Assembly (NCBI RefSeq): GCF_000981445.1
Contig: NC_027218.1
Span: 2,418,001 to 2,482,000 of the forward strand
DNA from: Babesia bigemina
Taxonomy: Eukaryota
Length of the DNA: 64,000 nucleotides
Direction of reading: 5' to 3'
The position numbers and the translations under genes are program-made. The notes under the pieces are model-generated. The model did not search any database. It saw nothing but the letters and a program-made list of their open reading frames with translations, and had not been told where the DNA came from. Below, piece after piece: positions 1 to 12,194 of this stretch (position 1 is its first letter; each line of letters begins with the position of its first letter).

Positions 1-3000
1 TATTGCCATTAAAACCCTTCTTGTGATTTAACTCGCCGTATTCCGCATTGCTGGGAAGGCCAGGATCGTAACCGTTTTTGCTAAAGAAGAGGCTGCTAAG
101 GCTATAATTGTAATTCGAACTATACATTTTGTAGTCTTTCCACGTACTTTTTGTTTTCTCAACTTCTCTTTTATATTTGAATAAACTCTTGAGCATTATG
201 TCTATCGTGGTCAAGAATACCGTAGCACATTTCGTGCCTTGCAGAGATGTTTCAGTTGACTTTATATCGGACCAGTCGACATTGGGAACGCTGTCGTATG
301 CCGACACGTATGCGTTTTTGAGCTCATTGTGAAACCCTTGCAGGCCGTTTTTCAGAATCTCAAGCAACTTATTTCTCTCATCGTTGTATGACTCAGGGCG
401 TATGCTCTGCAGAAGAGTATTAACTGCTGCCAGGTCATCTACAAATTTCTTATTGTAATTAGAAAGGCCATTGAGGAGAGTGTTAAGCGTAGCATCTATC
501 TCGGTGAGCTTATGAATAGGAATTATGTCACGCTTCGTTTTGAGACTGTGGAAAATACCATTGAAGAAGTTACCGACACCAGAGGCGAATGTCGCCAGTT
601 TAGCGTGCTGTGGCAAGTCATTTTTCAAATTAGCAGAGCTCACATGCGTTTCCATCTCTTTCATGAACCCTTTGAACTCCGTCTTGAGGTCAATATCGAT
701 TCTCTCTGGCAAATTCAACAGCTCACCTTGCACTTTAGTGGCAAACGCATCTAGCAAGCCTTTCATAGATGACACGTAGTTCTTTTGCGCCTGGGATGTG
801 AGTTTTGCGATTGCGAAAGATATTTGTTCGTCAACTTGTTTTTGAAGTTGTTGTACGGTTGAGGTGCATAACGTGTCAGCTTCACCAGCAAATTCTTCGG
901 ACAACTTTAGGGCACCATCTGCAAACCTCTTCTGCAGCTCGGTAAATCGATCACGAATCTTTTTAAGTTGCGTGTTTATAGTATCGTTTGCCAATGTTCC
1001 CAGATGCTGTTTGGAGTACTTCACTCCGTTCTTAATTGCCTCGCATAGCTCAGTAAGGTGGTGGTACACAAGGTTGCCCTGGGTTTCGAGTGCAGCTTTC
1101 GCCGCTTGGGCCTGTTGGGCAATGCTATCCTGTAGCTGGCTAATAGTATTCAGATCAGTATCAACGATTCTGTTGACAGCTTCTTGCATCTCTGAGATGC
1201 TCCCTGCGACGACGGCAATAATGAGGCCTAAGAGCTGCCGTTTGACACCGTCAATGGTTTCGTTGCTAAGTGTCTCTTTAATTACTTTGGGAATATTGGT
1301 GGTGATGTTGGATTGTAAAATGTTTTCCCATTCCTGCTGCGCATTGTGAAGATGGTTCAAGACCTTTTCTACTTTTGCGCCAGGACCGCTGTCGTCGTAG
1401 TCTAACGCTGCACTATCAAGCCATTTTCCCACGCCCTTTGCCGTCCACAGGTCAGTCTCTTGCAAAGCTTGAAGACCTTTCCAATTACCACTCCTGGGAG
1501 CACTTTCTGTAGCCGCATCCAACCCCTGCTTTAAATCTTTCCAAATACCATCAATCGCAATTCCCAACTGTCTATTTGTTTCCTGTCTGAGCTCTCGGAT
1601 TGACTGGCTGAAATCCCAATTACCACCGTTACCCGTATTAAAATTTTCAAAGTCTTCCGGCATCGTAGTCGTAACCTTCTCTTCAAGGCCTTGCAGTTTC
1701 TCGATAACGCATCCTTCTTCTTGTCCATCACCTGCTTTCCCCTTAATCTTGGCGACAACTACATCGAATTGCCTTTTCGCTGTTTCGAATTTCCCATGCA
1801 GCTCCCCGGCTTGTTTCTCAACCTCCTTGGCCGCTTTGGCAATTGCACTCTTATTATTATTTTTTTTATCTTCAGGATCACCAACCTCATTTTCAATAAC
1901 GGCAACTTGCCTGTTTGCCTCTTCTATAACTTCCAACGCCTTCTCCATCCAATCCTCCAAGGTTTTAATATACTTTCCCAAGGATTTATATACTTCAACA
2001 AGTTCACTCTGAATTTCTTGGACCTTCTTTTTTAAGTCCTCGACTAGCTGTTTTACAATCTCGCTAATATTATTACTAATCTGCGTCTTAACATCTTCAA
2101 GTGTCGTCGTAATATTATTCGTCATTGAACTCAAGTTACTCCTCTCAATTTTGGTCATCTTTTCAAGGCGCTTTTTCTCGTGCCTTATGTTCGTTCTAGC
2201 CTTGTTAACTTTCTCACGTATTGATTCATTTAAATATGTGATTGCTTTATGTATGCGTTCTACGCTATCCATATTTCTGTTGAAAGTGTCAGTGTTTTTG
2301 TTACATGCGTCCAACTGCTTATTCACTTCCGTAACGGCTGTATTGACAAAGTCCTGCGAAACGCTATTTTTCAAAATTATTTTCACCTGTTCTGTAAGCG
2401 TTGTCATCTCCTTCTGAAGCCCTCTTATCGGATCGGAGACTTTTTTATTGCTATGCTCCACTTCCCTATTATACAACTTCACCTGCCTTGCCACCTCATC
2501 AATAATCTCCTTAAAACCCGAATGCCCTAAGCACAATTTGGGGTGAATTTTATTTTCAACAAGTTGTTTCAACACTCTTCTACCAACATCGTAGGATTGA
2601 TTCTGATAAACATCTCTAAGCAGACCATACAAAAACGCCATCACCCCGTCACACAGCCTGTCCAGGTCGGAGTACACAATGCCAGTGCCGTCGTAGCCTT
2701 TAGATTTCGGGTCAAAGCCTAGAAGCTTCTCTAATCCGTCCGTGAGGTTTTCCAAAATATGTTTTGCAGGAATATCCTTCTGTTCTTTATTAGCTACTTT
2801 GCCAACAAAGGCTTCCAGTTTAGTTTGGAGATTTCCAAGAGTCTTCTGCCGATCCTCAATATCCCTCAAAATTTTCTGTTTAGCTGGGTCACGGTAATGT
2901 TCATTGTGATATTTATTCCTACAGTCTGCTATAGTACCCATAAGGCGCTTTACCTCAGCATCTTTTGAAACATCTCGAAGTGGTTCTGCATCCTTAATTT

Positions 3001-3265
3001 CCTTCTTACGGTTCTCAAGTAGCGTCTGGTAATGCTGACAATTGGTTTCAGTTGCAGAATATTGGAAAGGGCAAACAAGTTTATCATGCTCAGCTTCCAG
3101 ACTCTTAGTAGACTTTGTAATAGCTTCGGCTATCAACGTCTTCAAAGATTTGGCTAACCCATCAAGGCCATTCTTGTCAGTGCCACTCCCATGTCTCACC
3201 TGGATCAGCCAGTCAATTGATTCCCGGAGGTTTTCTGGGCAATCCGTCAGCTTCTTCGGCACCAT
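1..3265 (-). CDS. Large ves-related (VESA-like / 'Ebh-like') Babesia variant antigen; 5' part only, continues past the left edge
   Basis: ATG at 3265 reads MVPKKLTDCPENLRESIDWLIQVRHGSG, the typical ves-family N-terminus. The same frame at the window edge reads LSSLFFSKNGYDPGLPSNAEYGELNHKKGFNGN. It is absent from the ORF track, consistent with having no stop inside the window. Both ends were checked, not every codon. Confidence 0.85.
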   Translation of the reverse strand, partial: MVPKKLTDCPENLRESIDWLIQVRHGSGTDKNGLDGLAKSLKTLIAEAITKSTKSLEAEHDKLVCPFQYSATETNCQHYQTLLENRKKEIKDAEPLRDVSKDAEVKRLMGTIADCRNKYHNEHYRDPAKQKILRDIEDRQKTLGNLQTKLEAFVGKVANKEQKDIPAKHILENLTDGLEKLLGFDPKSKGYDGTGIVYSDLDRLCDGVMAFLYGLLRDVYQNQSYDVGRRVLKQLVENKIHPKLCLGHSGFKEIIDEVARQVKLYNREVEHSNKKVSDPIRGLQKEMTTLTEQVKIILKNSVSQDFVNTAVTEVNKQLDACNKNTDTFNRNMDSVERIHKAITYLNESIREKVNKARTNIRHEKKRLEKMTKIERSNLSSMTNNITTTLEDVKTQISNNISEIVKQLVEDLKKKVQEIQSELVEVYKSLGKYIKTLEDWMEKALEVIEEANRQVAVIENEVGDPEDKKNNNKSAIAKAAKEVEKQAGELHGKFETAKRQFDVVVAKIKGKAGDGQEEGCVIEKLQGLEEKVTTTMPEDFENFNTGNGGNWDFSQSIRELRQETNRQLGIAIDGIWKDLKQGLDAATESAPRSGNWKGLQALQETDLWTAKGVGKWLDSAALDYDDSGPGAKVEKVLNHLHNAQQEWENILQSNITTNIPKVIKETLSNETIDGVKRQLLGLIIAVVAGSISEMQEAVNRIVDTDLNTISQLQDSIAQQAQAAKAALETQGNLVYHHLTELCEAIKNGVKYSKQHLGTLANDTINTQLKKIRDRFTELQKRFADGALKLSEEFAGEADTLCTSTVQQLQKQVDEQISFAIAKLTSQAQKNYVSSMKGLLDAFATKVQGELLNLPERIDIDLKTEFKGFMKEMETHVSSANLKNDLPQHAKLATFASGVGNFFNGIFHSLKTKRDIIPIHKLTEIDATLNTLLNGLSNYNKKFVDDLAAVNTLLQSIRPESYNDERNKLLEILKNGLQGFHNELKNAYVSAYDSVPNVDWSDIKSTETSLQGTKCATVFLTTIDIMLKSLFKYKREVEKTKSTWKDYKMYSSNYNYSLSSLFFSKNGYDPGLPSNAEYGELNHKKGFNGN

Positions 3266-5571
3266 GGTTCGAGAGTAGTAAACCAAGTAATTATCAAATT
3301 CAAGCAATACACCAAAATTTCGAAGTTACAGACCCTCTATCCCGCTCTGAAAATGCGATAAGCACTGGACAGCTGGCTAACTCTTCTGCCACTTCTCCAA
3401 ACTACATTACATAAGCATCTACCCGATTGAGGGCGTATTTGAATATCACGACCAAGCTAGCATCCACCTCTCTCACCGATTCCTAACCGCCAGTACCCAG
3501 ACAGCTCGATGTTATTGTCCACTTCGGAGGTGGCGTGAAACCTCCAAATTGCATTTCAATCTTCAAAGATGCAACGCAATGGTTGAATCCTGTACGACGT
3601 GCTCATTAATATTCGCATCGGTTTCTCTCCAACTCCTTTGCAATTACTGGCCTGCCCCACCACATCCATCGACCAACAATATTGGGACTAAGGCCTTCCT
3701 GAGATGCTAGAGGGAATTAAATCTATGATTTTTGTGAATTCGACATGGTATAAATGAGCATAGAAAGTGGTAATGGAAACCGCGCTCCCTCTGCAGCCTC
3801 CGCAAGACATGGACGAATCGATCCGTTATCGATGAGGAGGCGATATTAATATGACGTATACAAAATCCAACAATGAAGAATACTGAAGATGATGTGAGAT
3901 GAGAAGCAATAGTCTTGATTAAGAATAGTAAGGAGTAGGCAGATTACCATGATAACGATGCATTGGGTAGGAACTCAAGAATGAGAGGACTACTCAAGCT
4001 AATTAGCCAATATGACTCATGTAAGACGGGTGGAAGAACACAAGTATCGTCTCAATATCCTGATCGCCAACCAAGAAAACCTAGTGGAAAGGGAGAGTCG
4101 CGGAATTGAATCATGAATATTTAATAGAGAAGCTGAAACTGCCACCATTCAACTAGCATACGAATATCAAGTTAATCTACTACCTAATGAGTTATATGAA
4201 TCGCAAATGATTACTCGGTCGACTAGACTCCTGCTCATACAGAAAGGATGCCGCCGAAGACTCTTTTAAACAGTGCGACGTGATATCCTCCACCTAGTTT
4301 AATAGGGCCTATATCATGAGGTATTAATGGTTGCAGAGAGAGGTGCAATGCGAACGTAGCCACACGTCTAACACCGTACAACCTAAAACTAACCTAATCT
4401 CATTGTTCATTACGGCAATTGCAATATCTACAGTCTTTGCATGTCACAGCTCTTGATAATCCGTATAAGTGATGATAATCCCTTTATACACGGTGACTGT
4501 TAATTATTTGTCATGATGTATTTCCTCTGCAATTCTAGGTAGTATAATGAGGAGTTGTAATAATGCCATTTGTATATGACATCATAATGTATATAACCTA
4601 CAATGCTTTTCAAAAGTAACTAGCATCGATATAGGATTATTGTTCGCGTATTTTATGAACTCCACCAATGTTATCGAGCCACTGTCTTGTAGGTGCCATG
4701 CCACCTTGAAACATGAGAGTTTATTTACTCTTCGAATACTTAATCCCTTTACCATATGTCTAAAGCACAATATCGGATATTATACCAAGCCGCCGCTTGT
4801 TATATTGATATTACAGAGGTGCCACATTACGGGAATAACCGTACTCAGTTATAACTTACACCTTGATGGGATGGGTAATCACGAAAGCACAATCCTGTGA
4901 CCAGCATCCGTTAAGGCACTTAGATGCTGGAAATGCACAAAACAATGGGCGTTGGTAAACTAAGTTTTACAGCGCTCAGCTCCACACTGGCTGTGAACCC
5001 GTTACGAATGCTATGTGAAGCAGAAATTAGGAAGGCGTGGGTCCGTGTGAACACCACTAATTCACCAAGTAGGAGTCTTATATATGTGGTTACATGTGAA
5101 CAAACAGATTTCGCTGGTCAGCTGAAGCGAGAGGTGGATGTCACTACTCCACTCCCACGTGAGCCAGTAACGGATAGGGCAGTCAGGGATATATTATTGC
5201 CTGTATGAAACTAACATGTCGTATTGATGACTAAAATGATGCATTACTGCGTGGTTACTTTTGAAACCTCAAAGACATTGGTCCAGTGATCTGTGGGGAA
5301 AGGCACGAAGTATACATGTAAATCTCATGGGAGTAGTATCTATGCTGCAACAGACCCGGCTGTGATATCCAGGGCGGTGCGTTGCATGACGGCCACCCGG
5401 TTGGCTGCGGGACGCCGATGGAAGACGGTCAGTGTCCCTGGCTGCGGTGCGTGTTGATGAGTGGTAGGTGAGTGCTTCCGTAGGTGCGTGCTCACGAGAG
5501 TAGGTTGGTGAGTGCTTGCTTAAGTGATTGATGTGTTTGCAGGTTGAGGGGACTGGGAGTGGAGCGGGAAG

Positions 5572-6051
5572 ATGAGCTATACTCCACCTTGTACGTGTGG
5601 CACAAATTGTACAGATTCTTCGGAGTGTAGGTGCTGCTCCTGGTGTTGTAAAGTATGTAATGGTAGAAGTTCCCGTTGTCTTTCATGTTTGAAGTTCTAT
5701 AATTTTCGCAGAGTAAGCGGATCAGGTTACAAATGTGATCCTTCGGCATGTGAGAAACAATGTAAGCAGTGTAGCAACCCCAGATGTCAATGTGAATGCC
5801 CCTGTTGTAAAAGTAGAAATGGAGGCATAAGCACTCCTGACTGCAGTAGCCATTCCCCCGGTGCCGCCTCTTCCCGCAGTCAACAGCAAACCCTCACTCT
5901 ACCATATTCCACCAGCCCCTCTGACTCACAATCTTCTTCCCCCGCCCCTTACATCATCGCCGCCGTCGCCCTCATCATCGTCGTCATCTGCGCCATGGTC
6001 TACTTCCGCATCCGGCCGTTCCACAGGGTGCGGTATCTACTGCGCAGCTGA
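5572..6051 (+). CDS. Small Cys-rich protein with C-terminal transmembrane anchor
   Basis: 159 aa with dense CxC/CC/CxxC motifs, a Ser/Pro linker and TM YIIAAVALIIVVICAMVYF. Intron-like GTGAGT...TTGCAG sequence lies in the upstream region. Confidence 0.75.
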   Translation: MSYTPPCTCGTNCTDSSECRCCSWCCKVCNGRSSRCLSCLKFYNFRRVSGSGYKCDPSACEKQCKQCSNPRCQCECPCCKSRNGGISTPDCSSHSPGAASSRSQQQTLTLPYSTSPSDSQSSSPAPYIIAAVALIIVVICAMVYFRIRPFHRVRYLLRS

Positions 6052-6426
6052 TCACAATAACCTATCTGGCAACAGACATCTAATGTTATAGACACAGTAA
6101 TGATTGCGTTGATGAGCAGTCACATGAGCAGCGAGGTGACTACTTCACTCTCCCTACTCCGCCATCGCCGCCGTCATCGTTGCCATCATCGTCGCCATCA
6201 TCCTGCTCGACCTGTGCATCTTCCGCTTCCCGGTTAGCCGCAACATCCGCGATTTCCTCGTCCGCAAGATACCCTTCTGCATCGCGTTCTACAGCTGATC
6301 TCAGCAATTAAGTAGAGCAGAAATCGTAATTCAAATCCCACTGATCACCTAACTGGCAACTGGCATCTAACGTTCTAGACAGTAATGATTGCGTTGATGG
6401 TCAATCACATGAGCAGCGAGGTGACC
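6048..6426 (+). repeat. Direct repeat of a ~90-bp spacer (6048-6140 and 6341-6426) preceding each TM cassette
   Basis: Both copies share ctgatcac..ctggcaac..catctaa.gtt.tagac..agtaatgattgcgttgatg..cacatgagcagcgaggtgac. Confidence 0.85.
6140..6298 (+). pseudogene. Orphan TM-tail coding cassette (no ATG)
   Basis: The frame after TGA 6137-6139 encodes SAIAAVIVAIIVAIILLDLCIFRFPVSRNIRDFLVRKIPFCIAFYS*, a TM plus basic tail like that of the upstream gene. Confidence 0.65.
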
Positions 6427-6571
6427 ATTTTTCCCCGCCCCTCACATCATCGCCGCCGTCGCCCTCACCATCCTCGCCGTTTGCGTCATGAGCTACTTCC
6501 GCATCCAGCCGTTCCACAGGGTCCGCGATTTCTGCGTCCGCAAAATGAACGGTTCACATCGCAATCATTAA
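6425..6571 (+). pseudogene. Second orphan TM-tail cassette, paralogous to the 5572-6051 C-terminus
   Basis: Encodes PAPHIIAAVALTILAVCVMSYFRIQPFHRVRDF..., compared with PAPYIIAAVALIIVVICAMVYFRIRPFHRVRYL in the upstream gene. Confidence 0.65.
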
Positions 6572-7827
6572 TCTACTCCGATTTTAATGATCGCCCGTAG
6601 ATCACAGTAGTATGCATCGACAGAGCACTACTTGCATAATAACGTATTGTTAAATGCTTTACAATCATTCATTATCTGGAAATCGGTGAGACGATCAGAA
6701 ATTATGAGAACATAGCATCCTATGCGCATTGGGACACTGAATGAGATTAAGCAAGGTGACCTCATTAACATTTACATCTTACGTTTTTTCTGACTCAAAT
6801 TACGATTGTGCTTTGTGTTTTTATACGGCAATATCGCTGTTGTGCCTCGCAACCTCACTCAACAGAGGACTGCCAATGCCAGTCAACTTATTACTTTCCG
6901 TTTACAAATCATTAAGGAGCTGAGTAATACTTCTGTCATATTTTTAACAGTGCCGTCGTCACAAGCCTACTTTACATCCAATCTATAGAGGGGTCACACG
7001 ACACCTTACAACCCATCGATTGAGTGTTTCACTTCCTAGAAAGAGTGGCTCTGCAGCGATGCCTGGGCAGTTTTGTTAGTAGCTTGCATATCTGTTAAAC
7101 GCGTCTCTGTTATTCGAGCCGCGCATAATGAGGCAGATAAGCGACGCCAACATTGCCGTTTGTGAGATTTGAAAATCTGACTATGTGGGAGGGATGGATG
7201 ACACCCATGGGAATTACTGTGACCTAACATCAACTAAGACAGTATGCGTGAAAGTGTGTTAGTGTATGCAGTAAAGCACAGAGCTGATGCTTTGTCGTGT
7301 GTTGTCGATCTTATTGTCATACATGCTTACAGGAACATAGTGATATGGGTGTGTACGGCTTAGGTCCAGAGGGCTACAAGGTTACGAGCACTTTTCAAAT
7401 TAACTTCGAAATACATTACATATGACTAATACCGCAATGTAAATTGATGAACGCCAATACTTTGATGTGGAATTAGACAGGTACACAGAAGCGCTATGTG
7501 GGCTGGGCGTGGGTGAGGATGTTAGGGGAAACAACAAGGCCTACCGATCACTATGATGGATGCTTGGCGTACATTGGCACACATTGTCAGTATCAATACA
7601 TGTAGGCTGCCATGAACATGGTGCGTGAGAGAGCGGGTACGACGGCGCCATCGGGTACATCAACTTCAGCCATTGACCAACCTAGGGCAATATTGCGACT
7701 CATGCGAGCAAACTTCGTGAGGATAAGGCGGTGACGAAATAGCATTAGCGTGTGTTGATACTACTCATCTGACATAGCTACTGCGTTGTGAAAATAACAT
7801 CTATTGCGATATTGAGGTCTACGCGTT

Positions 7828-8733
7828 CTACTCCAAGCCAGCGTATGCCCTCGGACGGAAGGCGGAGTAGCGGTCAACGTTTGTCTCCTCGGGAGTTATG
7901 TTACCGACGAGATTAATCGGGGATTTGCCGGGGTGCCTAGGAGAACTGGGAAATGCGGCGCGTATTTTGGTCATAATCGCGTGGTACTTCTCGGGAAGCA
8001 TAAACCTAAAAATAAGGAATGCTGACACAGTGATAACCAAGGGAATAGCTATGGTGCAGCAGCGTGTAAAGTTATCTTGGCCGCATAGTTTGCCGCAGTA
8101 CGTGCATTTAATGACGCAATTGCCGTCGGGCTGCAGTTCGCCACGGAGCCAATTGCAGTTGTTGTCAGTACAGTCCTTGCCTGGGTGGGGTCTTCCATCG
8201 CACGGGATTACATTTTCAGTATTGCGCTTGTATACAGCGCCGTATGTGCCGTCTTTGCCGTATATGTCGTATTTGACGTGGCCTATACATTCAGTAGTCT
8301 TTGGATTTTTGTCTCCGCATCTACCAATTACGTAGCCGTTGCAAGGGCCTCCAGAACAATTACTAGGATCACACCAGCTACAGCAGCTGCAAATTACGCC
8401 GTTACATTTCGTTCCGCAACTACAAAAATAACATATACATTTATCACTATCTTTGCATCTTATGATGCATCGCTTGCAATCAATTTTATTCTTTTCTTGA
8501 CACTTGCCATCTTTGCCGCTTGCATAACAATCTTCCTTACAACCACAGCGGGGAGTACAACATTTGCATGTTCCAGGTTGTTTTACCCCCTTGCATTTAA
8601 CTTCGCAGCCCTTACATCCGGGGGGGCAATGCGCCTCGCACTTCGTACATTTGTCATCAGAGCAGAGCTCTTCATTGCCCTGACATGAAACTGGTTTGCA
8701 TCCACACTGGTTATCTCCCTGCCCCTCCACCAT
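7828..8733 (-). CDS. Cys/Lys-rich protein with C-terminal TM
   Basis: 301 aa, very Cys/Lys/Gly-rich, with TM IAIPLVITVSAFLIFRFML and a cytoplasmic-type tail. Confidence 0.8.
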   Translation of the reverse strand: MVEGQGDNQCGCKPVSCQGNEELCSDDKCTKCEAHCPPGCKGCEVKCKGVKQPGTCKCCTPRCGCKEDCYASGKDGKCQEKNKIDCKRCIIRCKDSDKCICYFCSCGTKCNGVICSCCSWCDPSNCSGGPCNGYVIGRCGDKNPKTTECIGHVKYDIYGKDGTYGAVYKRNTENVIPCDGRPHPGKDCTDNNCNWLRGELQPDGNCVIKCTYCGKLCGQDNFTRCCTIAIPLVITVSAFLIFRFMLPEKYHAIMTKIRAAFPSSPRHPGKSPINLVGNITPEETNVDRYSAFRPRAYAGLE

Positions 8734-11089
8734 CCTCCCCCGACTCCACTAAAACGCCACCCAGGGCAAGAGACTATATATTTCAAAGTCCCGCCATATT
8801 TGAAAAAGCAGTATAACACGAAACTTATGTCCACACATGCACGGCGCTGTGCATCCAGCTGCGCATGCAAACTTGGACCGCAATCTCAGAGCGGTGACAC
8901 CAACGACGTTGACAACCACTACATGCTTTGACGAGGCTACTTAACAATATGATGGCGATAACATAAAGATTAATAATATTTTGTTCGATCATGTTGATCA
9001 CATCTCCACACAACTTACGTCATGCCACCTTACCATCACCTACGCTCTGGTACTTACATGGCAGCATGTGGCTGCGCATCTCATTGAAGCCACCTTTGAA
9101 GCCATTAAACTTGCTGAGACATCTCCATATTACTAGTCAACTGTAATACAGAGCCCCACGTAATTTATACAAACGCTTCTTGTACTCCAAACGTGTGAAA
9201 TAATGGGCAGTGTTCGTAAGTGCCAATTTAGCATCTCCTCCAACTGATGGCACTTCAAAACCTTTGCTACTGTCACAATGATCACATCAAACAGATGGCT
9301 ACAATTATCGACAATTGGTGTTACGTATATATCGGTTGGTTGATTCTTACTCGCTTTCCACATAGTCGTTTGTCTCCCTCACCTGTACATTAACCTTTAA
9401 CAATCGCTAAAAAGGGTCTTTAGTGTTGTAACATACTTCCAATGTTCCACCCACACCATCGATATTAGACGCCAACATGCTTCCCCAACCCGACTCAAGA
9501 TGTACCCAATGAGGAGTGCACAACAAAGAGTGATTTGCTTACATAATTCCTCACAACGTGAGGCGGCTCCTTCATGCCTATCTACATAGTTATCGATACA
9601 GCAAAGATTTGGTGTCGTCTAATGTTAGCTTAAGTTTTAAGAGACTTAATTCACATCCAACCTGCATTACTCTATGGGGGAACTGCATTGATATTTTATT
9701 AATGGTATCGCCATAACACAGCTTAAGTCACTGTCAAAATATGTATCACAATTGCTATGTCGACGACAGACATCACGTTTATGGATACTGTTATAATTCA
9801 TACCTTAATGGTGGTGGTGCGTAGATTGCCTGCACGTCAACCTTTGCTGTGGTTAGTTTAATTGCAATACATATGGCAAACTCAATATCCAACGTTGAGT
9901 TATTATAGCTTACATATTATAACTGCTTTATAAAGTTGTGTCCAACTGAAGCTGCCCATCAACTGGATCTAACACAGCCAGATATCGGCGCTTACTAAGC
10001 GATGGAAGATTTAACAACATGAGACATAAAATAGCATGGAATAACGAACTGCAAATCTGTGGTGATGTACTGGCGTTCCAGTCCGTTTTCACGACCCGGT
10101 GTCAAACCTTAGTGGGTACAAATTCATGCTTTGCTGCCATTGCCGTTGTCACGTACACGTTTGAGTAGACGTAATAGCAAGTTGATTTTTGAAGACAGTG
10201 AATGCCAGTAGGTGCCCTGAATGCTAAATTGGCAGCTGGTGATAGTTTGTAAGGTCATCGCAACAATGCTCTGTTTTCCGCCATCGCATCTCGACTGTGT
10301 TGATTGCTCTGGGGGCCCCTAAAATCACCGCTGCGCGTATTACTTCAACCATTAATGCTCATTCACCCATTCCTCGCTAGTATTGTAGACACAGTCCATG
10401 ATGTGGTCCGTGGTGTAAGCAAGACGTAGAAGTTGGTGATGTGAGAAGACATTCGGAGCACGAATAAGTACATGATTTATATTAACCTTCTCTAAGTGAA
10501 CAAATGGGACAAATGTTTCAACCCGAAGTGTGAGGTGATAAAGATGTTCCCATTGGTCAACAAGGCATTGAAACAGCCCATGAATGTCAACGATCAGCGA
10601 GCTAATTAAGATTGTAAGCTCTAAGAATATAGGCGGCTATGGCAACGTGTCAATAGTCGTCATTCACAACTAGTACGTGACTTAATGGTCTCGTTATGTG
10701 TGTCATTTATCAAAATTTTCTATGCCACATCATTTTTACTCAGTGCCACTCACAGGTTATGGCTGGGCATGCCGGAGTGCGTTTAAATACGCAATTTTTA
10801 TCATAAATATATATAAGTGGCATGTCATACAGAATGAGCAGCATTCTAATCTATTGGGCACTGCAGGGCATGTGGCGGATCTATGCAAACAAATGTCCCA
10901 TGCATCCGCAACACAAAATGGTTAGGAACATATCCACTTCTCCACAATGCTAGATTGCCAAAACAGTCAACAGACACAGTGACTTATGACTATACTGCAG
11001 CAGCTATTGTAATGAATCACAAATTGCCACTACCGTCTGGTTACATTGTTTAGTGCGGCGCTGGGCTGTTTAAGTGAGCTGATGGGAAG

Positions 11090-11548
11090 ATGACAAAGGA
11101 GTGTGGATGCACAAAAGGAAGGTGTGCTACTGAATATGCTCGATGCTGTACGGAAACAAATTGCCAGAGTGATGGATGCAAATGCAATCATTGTACATGT
11201 GTGACTGGCAACAAGGAGAAATGTTGGCAAACACATTGTGAGTGCTGCCCATGCTGTTGTGAAGGATGTAACGGTAAAGGTACAAAGTGTGAAACATGTA
11301 GCACCAAACAGAAAACCTCATCTAGCAGGTATAATTGTAAAAATTGGCTCACCTGTCGATGCCATTGGTGTATAGTTCGCTTATGCGTGTTATTTGGCAC
11401 TCTTGCATTTTTGGCCCTCTTAGCCATAGTGTTCTACATATATCCGGACAAAGCTCAGAAACTGAGGCTTGGAGTAATGAATGCATTTAGTAATGACTCA
11501 CAGCCGTCCGCCTCATACTTAACTGCTGCATCCATCGATCGCTTATAG
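11090..11548 (+). CDS. Small Cys-rich protein with C-terminal TM
   Basis: 152 aa with a metallothionein-like Cys density, followed by TM IVRLCVLFGTLAFLALLAIVFYIY. Confidence 0.75.
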   Translation: MTKECGCTKGRCATEYARCCTETNCQSDGCKCNHCTCVTGNKEKCWQTHCECCPCCCEGCNGKGTKCETCSTKQKTSSSRYNCKNWLTCRCHWCIVRLCVLFGTLAFLALLAIVFYIYPDKAQKLRLGVMNAFSNDSQPSASYLTAASIDRL

Positions 11549-12194
11549 CCTCACTTATCAAACAACTTAGGAAATAATGAAATCAACGTCTACATTGTTT
11601 TATTGAATCTCTCAATAATGAATGTCATCTGAGTTGTTAAGGTCTTTGACGTCATTCGATGGTGGCAATAGACAGAGGAGTCAGGCAATTGCTATTTAAC
11701 GGCAACAACGAAAAATCGCAATTTCACCTAAGGTCTCGACTCATTTGATGAATGCCAAGGTATCATGTTACAGATTGTGTGTGTGTCTGCATGATGTGTA
11801 GTGTCATGATTATGGGCTACACATTTTGTGATGCCAATGGACAATCTGAGACGATGTACAGTTTAAAGCGTGGTTAGAAGACATTTATGCGCAAAATTGT
11901 AGCCATTGCTAACATTGTAACGCCACACCTCAGGCAAAGTAGACAGCCAGTAGCGCACCCATGGCGTTGCACAAAATAAATGATGCGTGGAGCGTACTCT
12001 GCGTTTGTGAATCCCACACATTTGAGTTTTACGTTATTCTCTCACAGCTATGAATTAAACTCCTCAATGCCAGTGTTGGTCGTAAATGTGTAACGTGTAC
12101 CAGCGTTGCGTGATCTTGGAGCGCAGGGCGGCGTGGCTCGTGTTGCTTCTTGACGCGACGTTTGGGAAACAAAAGGAAGCATCGCCGGGTTGCA

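Noticed and set aside
3820..4080. Short hydrophobic minus-strand reading frame upstream of the ves-like gene
   Set aside because: Too short and interrupted to support even a pseudogene call.
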